Positions 40,003 to 48,781 of a stretch of 64,000 bases of DNA are shown here, piece by piece. Below the pieces are notes generated by a model. That model was not told the DNA's origin. It ran no database searches and saw only the letters and a program-made list of their open reading frames with translations. The stretch is from Promethearchaeota archaeon. Lineage in GTDB: Archaea > Asgardarchaeota > Lokiarchaeia > Sigyniarchaeales > SOKP01. The stretch is taken from the NCBI GenBank assembly GCA_019057795.1, contig JAHLWS010000069.1:20659-84658 (forward strand). The letters run 5' to 3'. Position 1 is the first letter of the stretch. The number at the start of each line of letters is the position of its first letter. Made by a program: the position numbers and the translations under genes.

Positions 40003-40123
40003 TTTAAATCATTTAAAAATATAATTTTATATCTTAAAATTTTTTAAAAAATTTTAAATTTTCGATAAAACCAAATAATTACTTCCTTTATTCATTACAA
40101 ATTTATTTTAGTTGAAGGCTAAA

Positions 40124-40993
40124 TTAAGTAGGAATTACTAATTGTAGCAATAGAGAAACTAGTAATGTCGTAACACCCGCTGTAACTAAATGAATTGCGT
40201 ACTTAGCATGTCCCCCGCCAGAGATTTTTCCTAAAAATATACCTAAATAAATCAATATAGCTACCAAAACTCCATAAGAAACTAAAAAATGAAATATGGA
40301 TAAAGTATCTCCAAAGAAAAACGGAATTAATGGAAGGATCGATCCTAAAACAGGAGCGCCCCCGTCGACTAAAGACGCGACTATGGTGGCAAATTTTTCT
40401 GATCGTTCAATTATTGATTTATTATTTTTTCTTATTTTTTTCTTTGGTTTTCCCTTTAAAGAAAAAAATCTTTTGTTATTAGTATGATTTAAATTTATGG
40501 GAGTTACCATTGCTTTTTGAATCTCTTGTTCTTCTAAAATTTCTTTCTCATCATTACTTAAGCCTTTTTTCTCTCTATTATTCGGTTTTTCTTCCTTTTC
40601 TTCTTCAAAAATTACCATCTCTTTTTTTAGATCAATCATTTTTTTCTTTCTTTCGGCTTCTTCAGAGAGAAAGGCGCCCCATAAGCCACTAATACCAATT
40701 GCTAAAGCAGTGGAAAAACCAGTTATTATAATGATAGTTGAACTTAAAGTTTGAGCTGTATTTAAAAGAAAATTTGGAAGAAATATGATGAAACTTCCGC
40801 TAACTATTCCCGCACAAGTTAAGGCTCCGTCAAAGGCGTTATTAAAAAATTTACGGCGAACTATTATGCCTAAATTAGACAGTTCAGAATATTTACGCCA
40901 TTTCTTGGTTAAATCTTTTAAACCCATTTTATTTAAAAAAACCCCATTTTTCGCATTTTGTACATACAATAAATCTCTTATCTTTAATAACAC
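40124..40993 (-). CDS. VIT1/CCC1-family-like membrane protein with a Lys/Glu-rich central insert
   Basis: NNAFDGALTCAGIVSGSF (compare GANDGxVS), SGLWGAFLSEEAE, then a charged loop, then C-terminal TM helices ...GGAPVLGSILPLIPFFF...GKISGGGHAKYAIHLVTAGVTTLL. Confidence 0.45.
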   Translation of the reverse strand: MLLKIRDLLYVQNAKNGVFLNKMGLKDLTKKWRKYSELSNLGIIVRRKFFNNAFDGALTCAGIVSGSFIIFLPNFLLNTAQTLSSTIIIITGFSTALAIGISGLWGAFLSEEAERKKKMIDLKKEMVIFEEEKEEKPNNREKKGLSNDEKEILEEQEIQKAMVTPINLNHTNNKRFFSLKGKPKKKIRKNNKSIIERSEKFATIVASLVDGGAPVLGSILPLIPFFFGDTLSIFHFLVSYGVLVAILIYLGIFLGKISGGGHAKYAIHLVTAGVTTLLVSLLLQLVIPT

Positions 40994-41155
40994 ATACTTA
41001 TATTTTAAATTTAAGGGGGAATCTATTATAATCTTTGTAATTATTTGATGCTGTTAATCTTTTTGAATTAAATTTCAGTAAAAACTGATGATTTTTATTT
41101 ATTTAATCATATAATATTCATAGAATATTAAAAATTATGGAATTGAATACTAATT

Positions 41156-41797
41156 TTGACAAACAGAAAAATCAAAGAAGAAATAATTTCATTACTCATA
41201 GATCATGTTCGGATTATTTACTCTATTATTAGCGACATGGGCGTGTATTATACCACCTGGGCAGAAGACTTTGAGGCTAATAAGAAAAGTTTAGAAAAGA
41301 AAAAAAGTAAAATGCAATTATCAGAAGAAGAAGGTGACGAGCTAAAAATTCGCTTAATACAGAACTTTTCAGAGGCTGAAGCTTTCAATCTCGGAGATTA
41401 TGTAGCATTAATGTTGAAGATGGATAATGTTATTAATTATCCCCTCGAATTTGTCGATATGTTAGCAAAAATTAACTTAACTGGTAAAAGTGCAAATAAG
41501 ATTAAGAAGAAATATCATAAGTTAATAAACCAAATTATGGAAATGGCTGGTATCTTGAAAATAGCTATAAAAAACTTAAGGGATAATCAGGATAATGTCT
41601 TTGATAACACAACTACAATTCATGAACTTGAATCTAAAATTGACAGAACTTATAGGCAATTTCTTGAGTTTTTATATTCTAATGTTGAAGACATAAGAAT
41701 TTTACTACGTATCAGGGATAGTATTGTGTTACTGGAGCAGTTGGCAGATCGTATCCACGATATTGCTGATTTAATGAGAGTTTTGCTGTATCAATAA
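41156..41797 (+). CDS. DUF47/PhoU-like helical protein
   Basis: About 210-aa helical-bundle pattern: IHELESKIDRTYRQF ... LLEQLADRIHDIADLMRVL. TTG start in the track. Confidence 0.45.
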   Translation: MTNRKIKEEIISLLIDHVRIIYSIISDMGVYYTTWAEDFEANKKSLEKKKSKMQLSEEEGDELKIRLIQNFSEAEAFNLGDYVALMLKMDNVINYPLEFVDMLAKINLTGKSANKIKKKYHKLINQIMEMAGILKIAIKNLRDNQDNVFDNTTTIHELESKIDRTYRQFLEFLYSNVEDIRILLRIRDSIVLLEQLADRIHDIADLMRVLLYQ

Positions 41798-41995
41798 ATA
41801 ATCTCATCCTATATTACATCAAATTCGTTCTTTTTTAAACCAAACATCATATTCTTTCTTAAAATCGAAACAACTCAATATTTTTTTAGCAAATTCCTTA
41901 AAACCATAAAAAATATGGAAAAATTTATACCTATTTTTACATTATTCTATTTAAAATAACTTTAATTGAGTTAAAATATAAAACAAGTACAATTT

Positions 41996-42367
41996 GTGAA
42001 TACTATGAACGGAAAAATGAAATTTTATTCATTGTTAGGATTTTTCCAATTAGTGCTTATATTAATTGTGTTTTTTAGTGTAGATGGAATTATCACTATG
42101 GTTGCAGCACAAACAGAGAGTTTTGATTACTATAATTCTCCAACAGCGGCGATTTTAGCGATTTCAGCAGCAATCTCCCTTTCAGCAGCAGTATTAGGAA
42201 GTGCAATCGCTTTAAAAACAGTAGGTACAGCAGCAATATCATCTTTATCCGAAAGAGAAGAAAGTTTTTTTAAAGCATTCTTAGTTGTTGCATTGTGTGA
42301 GGCTTTAGCCGTATATGGTTTAATTGTTGCCATCCTCCTCTGGACAAAAATCCCCACGCCAGGATAA
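41996..42367 (+). CDS. atpK: A/V-type ATPase proteolipid (c/K subunit) with an N-terminal hydrophobic extension
   Basis: Hairpin AAILAISAAISLSAAVLGSAIALKTVG ... FLVVALCEALAVYGLIVAILL carries the conserved carboxylate E in helix 2. About 45 extra N-terminal residues are present. GTG start in the track. Confidence 0.8.
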   Translation: MNTMNGKMKFYSLLGFFQLVLILIVFFSVDGIITMVAAQTESFDYYNSPTAAILAISAAISLSAAVLGSAIALKTVGTAAISSLSEREESFFKAFLVVALCEALAVYGLIVAILLWTKIPTPG

Positions 42368-43469
42368 TCTTGATTTACATTTAAAATCGTTAAGAAGGTG
42401 TTTTTTTACGAGTGAAATTATTCCGTCTTATGCTTATACATATATTAAAATCGATTATTTAAAACTATTAATAATTGATGATGACACTTTACTAAAACTT
42501 AAAAGAATCTACGATATTGATGACTTCATGGAATCTATTAGACCTTACTATCCTAATTTAGATTTCAAAGAAAATACTATTGAAGATATTGAAGTAGCTC
42601 TTAATAATAATTATATTAAGCTAATTGGTAAAATTTTACATTATTCCCCCCAAAACATGAGAATATTCTTAAGAAATTATCTCATGAAATTTGAAATACA
42701 AAATCTCAAACAAATAATCATCAGTTTAATTTTAGGAATTAATCTAGAAGAAAAAAGAAAATACATTAATTTTTTAGTTGAAGAATATTTAGATAACACG
42801 GAATTCATTGAAGAATTGCTTAAATTTACTTCTTTAGACGAAATACAATTATTTCTTAAAAGAACTAAATACAATATAGCTATTAGAGAAGGGATTCTTT
42901 ACTTTAAGAAAAATAAAGAAATTTTTATTCTGGAAGCTTTTTTAGATCAATTATATTATAAGCAACTTAATGCTCAACTGGAACGTTTAAATAAAAAAGA
43001 GAAAACAATGATATCGTTGTTTGTGAAATATAAAACTGAAATTTATAATATAAATGTGATTTATAGGGGAATAAAAAATAAAATTGAAGGAAAATTATTA
43101 TCTCAATTTCTTGTAAATAATTATTTATTCCTAAATGAAAGTAAATTAGAACAATTGTTAAATCTTGATAATGTTGATGAATTTATATCAATTATTAAAG
43201 AATATTTGAAGAATATTAAGGAAACAAAACCATTTTTTATCAAGCTAAAAATTAATCAAAAACACTTAATTAGGTCAATTGAACAATTTTATATAACTTA
43301 TTATTTTAAGAAATTTAAGATTAAAATTGACGATATTGATTTTTTCACCATTTACAAAATTTTAGAAATACTTATAAAAAAAGGGGGAGAAATCCGATTT
43401 ATTATATTACCCCAGGTAATTAAGATCCTTCACTATAAGTTTAAAGCGTTAAAAACGCAGAAATTTTAA
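42324..43469 (+). CDS. atpC: A-type ATPase subunit C (V-type d homolog)
   Basis: Size, all-helical composition, N-terminal YAYTYIK..L motif (compare YAYxNARV) and its operon position. The start is uncertain because the track ATG overlaps atpK by 44 nt. Confidence 0.65.
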   Translation: MLPSSSGQKSPRQDNLDLHLKSLRRCFFTSEIIPSYAYTYIKIDYLKLLIIDDDTLLKLKRIYDIDDFMESIRPYYPNLDFKENTIEDIEVALNNNYIKLIGKILHYSPQNMRIFLRNYLMKFEIQNLKQIIISLILGINLEEKRKYINFLVEEYLDNTEFIEELLKFTSLDEIQLFLKRTKYNIAIREGILYFKKNKEIFILEAFLDQLYYKQLNAQLERLNKKEKTMISLFVKYKTEIYNINVIYRGIKNKIEGKLLSQFLVNNYLFLNESKLEQLLNLDNVDEFISIIKEYLKNIKETKPFFIKLKINQKHLIRSIEQFYITYYFKKFKIKIDDIDFFTIYKILEILIKKGGEIRFIILPQVIKILHYKFKALKTQKF

Positions 43470-43529
43470 AGTTAATTATGAAATTATGAAATAAAATATT
43501 TAATAGATAATAATATGTGAGTTGTAATA

Positions 43530-43841
43530 ATGCCAATTTTTAAATGGGTTGAAGAAATCGAAAATATTTATGAAAATTTGATTGAAAACGCTAAAAAAGA
43601 AAGTTTAGAAGACATTGAGAAATTAAAAGCTTCATTAGAAAAAAATATGGAAAAAAAACTTCATAATAATCAAGAAATTATTAATTCTGCCTTAAAAACA
43701 CTTTCAAAAGAAATTGATGAAAAATCATTAAAATTCGGAGAGTCAATATCAAAATTATATAGCAAAATAGAAAAAAATTATTATGAAAATAAGGAAGGAT
43801 TAATGAATTTAATATTTGAGAAATTAGGATTTGATTTTTAA
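43530..43841 (+). CDS. atpH: A-type ATPase peripheral-stalk subunit H (V-type G-like)
   Basis: 103-aa charged coiled-coil protein within the operon. Confidence 0.55.
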   Translation: MPIFKWVEEIENIYENLIENAKKESLEDIEKLKASLEKNMEKKLHNNQEIINSALKTLSKEIDEKSLKFGESISKLYSKIEKNYYENKEGLMNLIFEKLGFDF

Positions 43842-44158
43842 TGCCTGATAAAAAAATACATGTATTAGGTTACGACGAAATAGTTTCATTGTTTGGTCTT
43901 TTAGGTATTGAAGGAACGATAATTAAACATAATGAAGATTTTTTAAAAATTTTTAAAAATTTAATAAAAAAATCTTCTGTTGCTATGATAATTATATACA
44001 TGGATTTATCAGACGAAAATCTCGAATTTCTAACAGATTTTAAAATAAATAATAGGACACCATTTGTATATTTATTACCAAATATTTTTCAACAAGATAT
44101 AAAGAATCAAGATAAGGTATTAAACAAAATTTACGAATTGATAGAAGAAATTATATAA
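43841..44158 (+). CDS. atpF: A-type ATPase subunit F
   Basis: KIHVLGYDEIVSLFGLLGIEG, which is the typical F-subunit N-terminus. 105 aa. Confidence 0.75.
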   Translation: MPDKKIHVLGYDEIVSLFGLLGIEGTIIKHNEDFLKIFKNLIKKSSVAMIIIYMDLSDENLEFLTDFKINNRTPFVYLLPNIFQQDIKNQDKVLNKIYELIEEII

Positions 44159-44192
44159 AAAAAGATGATCGGCCATTAGTGAAGGAAATGAC

Positions 44193-44897
44193 ATGAAAGA
44201 GAGATTTGGAAAACTAAGTTTGTATTTAATAAATCAAGCTGAAAATGAGATAAAGAAGATCAATCAACAATCCCTCTTTCAAATGGCAGAAGTTAGAAAA
44301 AAAGCTAGGGAAAGAACTTCAGAAAGCTCTTTAAAATTGAAAGCGCATTTTAACGAAACATACAATAAACTATTAAATAATTCTCTATCTTCTTATCTCT
44401 TGAAAATTAAAGAAGAAGTATTAAAATCTAAAAACAAATTAATGTTGGAACTTATTTCAGATTTAACAGACTTAATAAAAGACAAAATAAAAAATAATTA
44501 TTCGAGCTACATTAGTTTTTTACTAAAAAATCTTGAAAATATCAAGGATTTTGTGGATAAACCCCCGGAGATTATCATTCACTTAAATTCAATAGATTTT
44601 AAATATTTCAGCAATAATATGGGAAAGATTGAAAGTATATTAAGAAATAAAATAAGTTTAGTCAAGTCAGAAGAAGAATTTACGGGAGGTTTTAAGTGTG
44701 TAATTATGGCCGGACATTTATCTTACGATTATACGATTGAAAATCAATTAAAGAAGATCACACCGATTATAGAAATTGAGTTTTCAAAGATTTTTTCTGA
44801 CTCCGAGACTGATATTAGAGCTCTAGAAAATAATTATATTGAATTTATCCAAAATCAAAAATTAGCTGTAAACGAATATTTAAAGAAATATGAATGA
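44193..44897 (+). CDS. atpE: A-type ATPase subunit E (peripheral stalk)
   Basis: Long N-terminal helix with a C-terminal globular part (...GGFKCVIMAGHLSYDYTIENQL...EFSKIF). It overlaps atpA by 8 nt. Confidence 0.7.
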   Translation: MKERFGKLSLYLINQAENEIKKINQQSLFQMAEVRKKARERTSESSLKLKAHFNETYNKLLNNSLSSYLLKIKEEVLKSKNKLMLELISDLTDLIKDKIKNNYSSYISFLLKNLENIKDFVDKPPEIIIHLNSIDFKYFSNNMGKIESILRNKISLVKSEEEFTGGFKCVIMAGHLSYDYTIENQLKKITPIIEIEFSKIFSDSETDIRALENNYIEFIQNQKLAVNEYLKKYE

Positions 44898-46731
44898 AAT
44901 TAAAGAAAAAATTAAGTCCGGATATATCTCATCTATAAACGGATCCTTAATAGAAATAAAAGGCTTAGAAAACTATGTACGGCTAAATGATTTAATTAAG
45001 GAGTCTAAACATAAAATTTTAGGCGAAGTAATCCAAATTTATTCAGATCATGTTACTGCTCAATGTTTTGAAAATACTTCTAATTTAAAATTAAATGAAG
45101 AAGTTATTAGTTTACAAGAACCCTTATCAATGGAATTAGGTCCTGGTTTATTAGGACATATCTTTGATGGTATTCAAAGACCATTGGAAGCAACTTTTTT
45201 GAGTTCTAAAGGCGAAGGATTTTTAAAGAGAGGAGTTGATTTACCTGCTTTATCAAGAGCGAAAAATTGGCATTTTAAACCAGTAAAAAAGATAAATGAT
45301 TATGTAAGTACGGGGTATGTAGTTGGAACCGTTCAGGAAACAGAACTCATTGAACATAAGATTATGATTCCATTAGGAATTTCCGGAAAAATAACCTATA
45401 TTGCAGAAGAAGGAGAATATACTGTTAGTGACGAAATTTACCGCTTGAAAAATGGTTCCAAAGAAAAATCGTTTAATATGATTCAAAAATGGCCAATCAC
45501 CAAAAATAGGCCTTATAAAGAGCGAGGCTTTCCTAATGAACCACTAATTACAGGAATGAGGGTAATCGATTTACTATTTCCAATAGTAAAGGGAGGTACA
45601 GTTGCCGTTCCTGGAGGATTTGGAACGGGCAAAACGGTAATCCAACAATCTCTAGCAAAATGGTGTAACGCAGATATAATTATTTTTGTTGGATGTGGAG
45701 AACGAGGAAACGAGATTGCAGACGTCTTAAAACAGTTTTCTGAAATAAAAGATCCAAAAAGTGGACGCCCGTTATTAGAACGAATTGTTATCCTAGCTAA
45801 TACATCTAATATGCCCGTATCTGCGCGAGAAGCAAGTATATTTTCTGGAGTTACAATTGGTGAATATTTTAGAGATATGGGGTATGATGTAGCAGTTTTA
45901 GCAGACAGTACTTCAAGATGGGCAGAATCATTACGGGAAATATCAGGGTTATTAGAAGAAATGCCGGCCGAAGAAGGATATCCGGCTTATTTACCCTCTA
46001 AAATTTCTAGCTTTTATGAAAGAGCTGGTGTTGTTAAGATATTGGGAGAAAAAGATTCTGGAAAAGAGAAATTCGGGTCTATAACAATTATTGGTTCAGT
46101 ATCACCGCCTTCAGGAGATTTCAGTGAGCCCGTTACTTCAACTACAAAGCGTTTTGTTCAGGCTTTTTGGGCATTAGATGCGAGTTTAGCATATTCTAAA
46201 CATTATCCTGCGATTAATTGGTTAAATTCATATTCAAAATATCCTGAATTCATCTCAGATTGGTGGTTTGAAAGAGATATTTATTGGCCTGAGATAGATA
46301 TAGATTGGTACGAGTGTAGAAAACAAATAAATAGCATCCTATCTCAAGAAAACGAACTAAAAAATGTCACCCAATTAGTTGGTGAAGAAAACTTACCAGA
46401 AAATCAACAATTTATCCTATTCATTTCACGATTGATTAGAAATGGTTTATTAATTCAAAATGCCTTTGATTCTATAGATTGTTTTACAGACGTTAAAAAA
46501 TTAATTGGAATAGTAAAACTCATTCTATTACTATTTAAAGAAGGCAATCAACTCTTAAAGCAAGGTTTTCTAATTGAAGATATCAAAGAACTCGATGTTG
46601 TAAATGATATTCTTAGGACTTGCCGTACTGTTCCTAATAATAATTTTGTTCAAATAGAGAAATTAAGAAAGAAAATGCTAAACGAAATAGAGTCATTAAA
46701 ATTAACATATGGTATTTTTAGGAAAAAATGA
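44890..46731 (+). CDS. atpA: A-type ATPase catalytic subunit A
   Basis: Walker [10 protein letters not shown], catalytic loop [46 protein letters not shown]. Confidence 0.95.
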   Translation: MNEIKEKIKSGYISSINGSLIEIKGLENYVRLNDLIKESKHKILGEVIQIYSDHVTAQCFENTSNLKLNEEVISLQEPLSMELGPGLLGHIFDGIQRPLEATFLSSKGEGFLKRGVDLPALSRAKNWHFKPVKKINDYVSTGYVVGTVQETELIEHKIMIPLGISGKITYIAEEGEYTVSDEIYRLKNGSKEKSFNMIQKWPITKNRPYKERGFPNEPLITGMRVIDLLFPIVKGGTVAVPGGFGTGKTVIQQSLAKWCNADIIIFVGCGERGNEIADVLKQFSEIKDPKSGRPLLERIVILANTSNMPVSAREASIFSGVTIGEYFRDMGYDVAVLADSTSRWAESLREISGLLEEMPAEEGYPAYLPSKISSFYERAGVVKILGEKDSGKEKFGSITIIGSVSPPSGDFSEPVTSTTKRFVQAFWALDASLAYSKHYPAINWLNSYSKYPEFISDWWFERDIYWPEIDIDWYECRKQINSILSQENELKNVTQLVGEENLPENQQFILFISRLIRNGLLIQNAFDSIDCFTDVKKLIGIVKLILLLFKEGNQLLKQGFLIEDIKELDVVNDILRTCRTVPNNNFVQIEKLRKKMLNEIESLKLTYGIFRKK

Positions 46732-48119
46732 GCGTAATTTATAGAAAAATAAAACAAATTGTTGGACCTTTAATATTTCTAGATAATAGACACGATGTAC
46801 AATATGGTGAAATCGTTAAAATTCATTCTGATGATGGAAAAGAACGTATAGGCCAAGTCGTAAAAATGGATGAAAAGATTATAACAATTGAAGTATTTGA
46901 AAATACAGCTGGACTTTCTTCAGAAAATTCTACAATTACTTTTACTGAAGATTCTTTTAAGATAAAAATTTCAAGTGATATGATTGGAAGAGTTTTTAAC
47001 TCCTTAGGAAAACCTATTGATATTAATACGAAACAAGTGTTAGATTCAGACATTTTTACCGAAATTGAACGGGATATAAACGGTTTACCAATTAATCCTT
47101 TTGCAAGAGAATATCCAACGCAAGTCATCCAAACGGGAATATCGGTAATAGACGGTCTTTTTACCTTAATAAGAGGACAAAAACTCCCAATATTTAGTGG
47201 TCAAGGATTACCCCATAATCTATTAGCTGCTCAAATTGTTACTCAAGCAAAAGTTTTGACAGAAGAACCATTCTTAATAATTTTTTGTGGAATTGGAATT
47301 ATCCAAGATGAAGCAATTTTTTTTATGAATCGTTTTAAAGAAAGTGGAAACATACAAAATATCATTTCTTTTATCAATTTTGCTGACGATCCAATAATGG
47401 AAAGACTAATAATTCCGCGCGTAGCATTAACTACTGCGGAATATTTTGCATTTGAAAAAGATATGCATGTTCTTGTTGTTTTAATAGACATGACGAATTA
47501 TGCTGAAGCTTTAAGAGAACTAAGCTCCGCCAAAGAAGAGATTCCTAGCAGAAAGGGGTATCCGGGTTATTTATACACTGATTTCGCATCGATCTATGAA
47601 AGAACTGGTAAAATTAAAGGTAAAAAAGGGACAATAACCCAATTACCGATTTTGACGATGCCTAACGACGACATTTCTCACCCAATTCCGGATACAACAG
47701 GGTACATAACTGAAGGTCAGTTAGTTCTAAATCGTAACTTAGAAAAAAAAGGAATATATCCCCCTTTTGAAGTCTTAGCGTCTATATCACGACTTATGAA
47801 AGACTCAATCGGTAAAGATACTACTAGGGAAGACCATGCTGATGTTAACTCTCAACTATTAGCATCGTATTCAGCTGCCCTTGAAGTTAGAGATCTTATA
47901 TCGATTGTGGGGGAAGATGGATTAAACTTAAATCAAAAATCGTTATTAAGATTTGGTAACTTTTTCGAACAAAATTTTTTAAATCAAGGGTACACAGAGG
48001 AAAGGGATTTTTCAACGACTCTCAATATTGCATGGAAAGCTTTATCTAATTTACCAAAAAATCAATTATTTAGAATACATGACGATTTTATTGATAAGTA
48101 TTACATTGAAGAGGTGTAA
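46728..48119 (+). CDS. atpB: A-type ATPase non-catalytic subunit B
   Basis: [15 protein letters not shown] (degenerate P-loop typical of B), [20 protein letters not shown], and a 4-nt overlap with atpA. Confidence 0.95.
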   Translation: MSVIYRKIKQIVGPLIFLDNRHDVQYGEIVKIHSDDGKERIGQVVKMDEKIITIEVFENTAGLSSENSTITFTEDSFKIKISSDMIGRVFNSLGKPIDINTKQVLDSDIFTEIERDINGLPINPFAREYPTQVIQTGISVIDGLFTLIRGQKLPIFSGQGLPHNLLAAQIVTQAKVLTEEPFLIIFCGIGIIQDEAIFFMNRFKESGNIQNIISFINFADDPIMERLIIPRVALTTAEYFAFEKDMHVLVVLIDMTNYAEALRELSSAKEEIPSRKGYPGYLYTDFASIYERTGKIKGKKGTITQLPILTMPNDDISHPIPDTTGYITEGQLVLNRNLEKKGIYPPFEVLASISRLMKDSIGKDTTREDHADVNSQLLASYSAALEVRDLISIVGEDGLNLNQKSLLRFGNFFEQNFLNQGYTEERDFSTTLNIAWKALSNLPKNQLFRIHDDFIDKYYIEEV

Positions 48120-48164
48120 GTATCAATTAGTTTTAGAGAGTTTAAGCCCACAAAAACAAATTTA

Positions 48165-48764
48165 ATGAGTCTACAGAAAAGGTTAACTTTTGCTGTTAAA
48201 GGCGAAAATTTTCTAAAATTTAAATTAGAACAAATAATATTTGAAATCAAAAAAAATTGGGATAATTATTTAAAACAACGTGAAATCTTTTTAGAATTAT
48301 TCAAAGAAACTATGATTAAACTTAATCAAACATATAAAGAAATGGGTAAACGAGAATTTAATTTAATTAGCAAATTAAGTAAAATCCAATATAACCCAAT
48401 GATTTCTATAAATTATATAAAGAAGATTGGAACATTAGTGCCAATAATAGATTACAAACTGATACGGGAGGAATCGCTTCCAGCTTACTCTTTTGAAAAT
48501 ACATCTCATTATCTTGATGATTTGATTATTCTTTTAATAAAGTTTTTTGAAAGCCTTATAATTTTTTCACAGTCTGAAGATCTATTATTGAAACTCTCCC
48601 TAACTTTTAAAAAAATAAATCGTAGGATAAATGGTCTAAAGAATGTAATAATTCCTGAACTACAAATAGACATTAAAAAAATTAAAGCTATATTAGAAGA
48701 AATTGAAAGAGAGAATTATGTTCGGTTAAAAAATACAAAAGATCTTATTACAAAAAATGTTTAA
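48165..48764 (+). CDS. atpD: A-type ATPase central-stalk subunit D (true start probably upstream of the track ATG)
   Basis: RLTFAVKGENFLKFKLEQ... matches the D N-terminal helix. The conserved PT(K/R)xNL motif lies in-frame upstream of the ATG (see finding). Confidence 0.8.
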   Translation: MSLQKRLTFAVKGENFLKFKLEQIIFEIKKNWDNYLKQREIFLELFKETMIKLNQTYKEMGKREFNLISKLSKIQYNPMISINYIKKIGTLVPIIDYKLIREESLPAYSFENTSHYLDDLIILLIKFFESLIIFSQSEDLLLKLSLTFKKINRRINGLKNVIIPELQIDIKKIKAILEEIERENYVRLKNTKDLITKNV

Positions 48765-48781
48765 GTGAGGAATGAAAAAAA

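Noticed and set aside
44890-46731. Intein in AtpA (also considered for RadA and GlmS)
   Set aside because: Protein lengths are close to intein-free homologs, and the motifs are contiguous with no insertion at the P-loop.
48117-48119. Programmed stop-codon read-through producing an AtpB-AtpD fusion
   Set aside because: The genes are in frame, but B and D are separate polypeptides in all known A/V-ATPases, and nothing in the sequence specifically signals recoding. The idea is kept only as a minor alternative within the atpD start finding.
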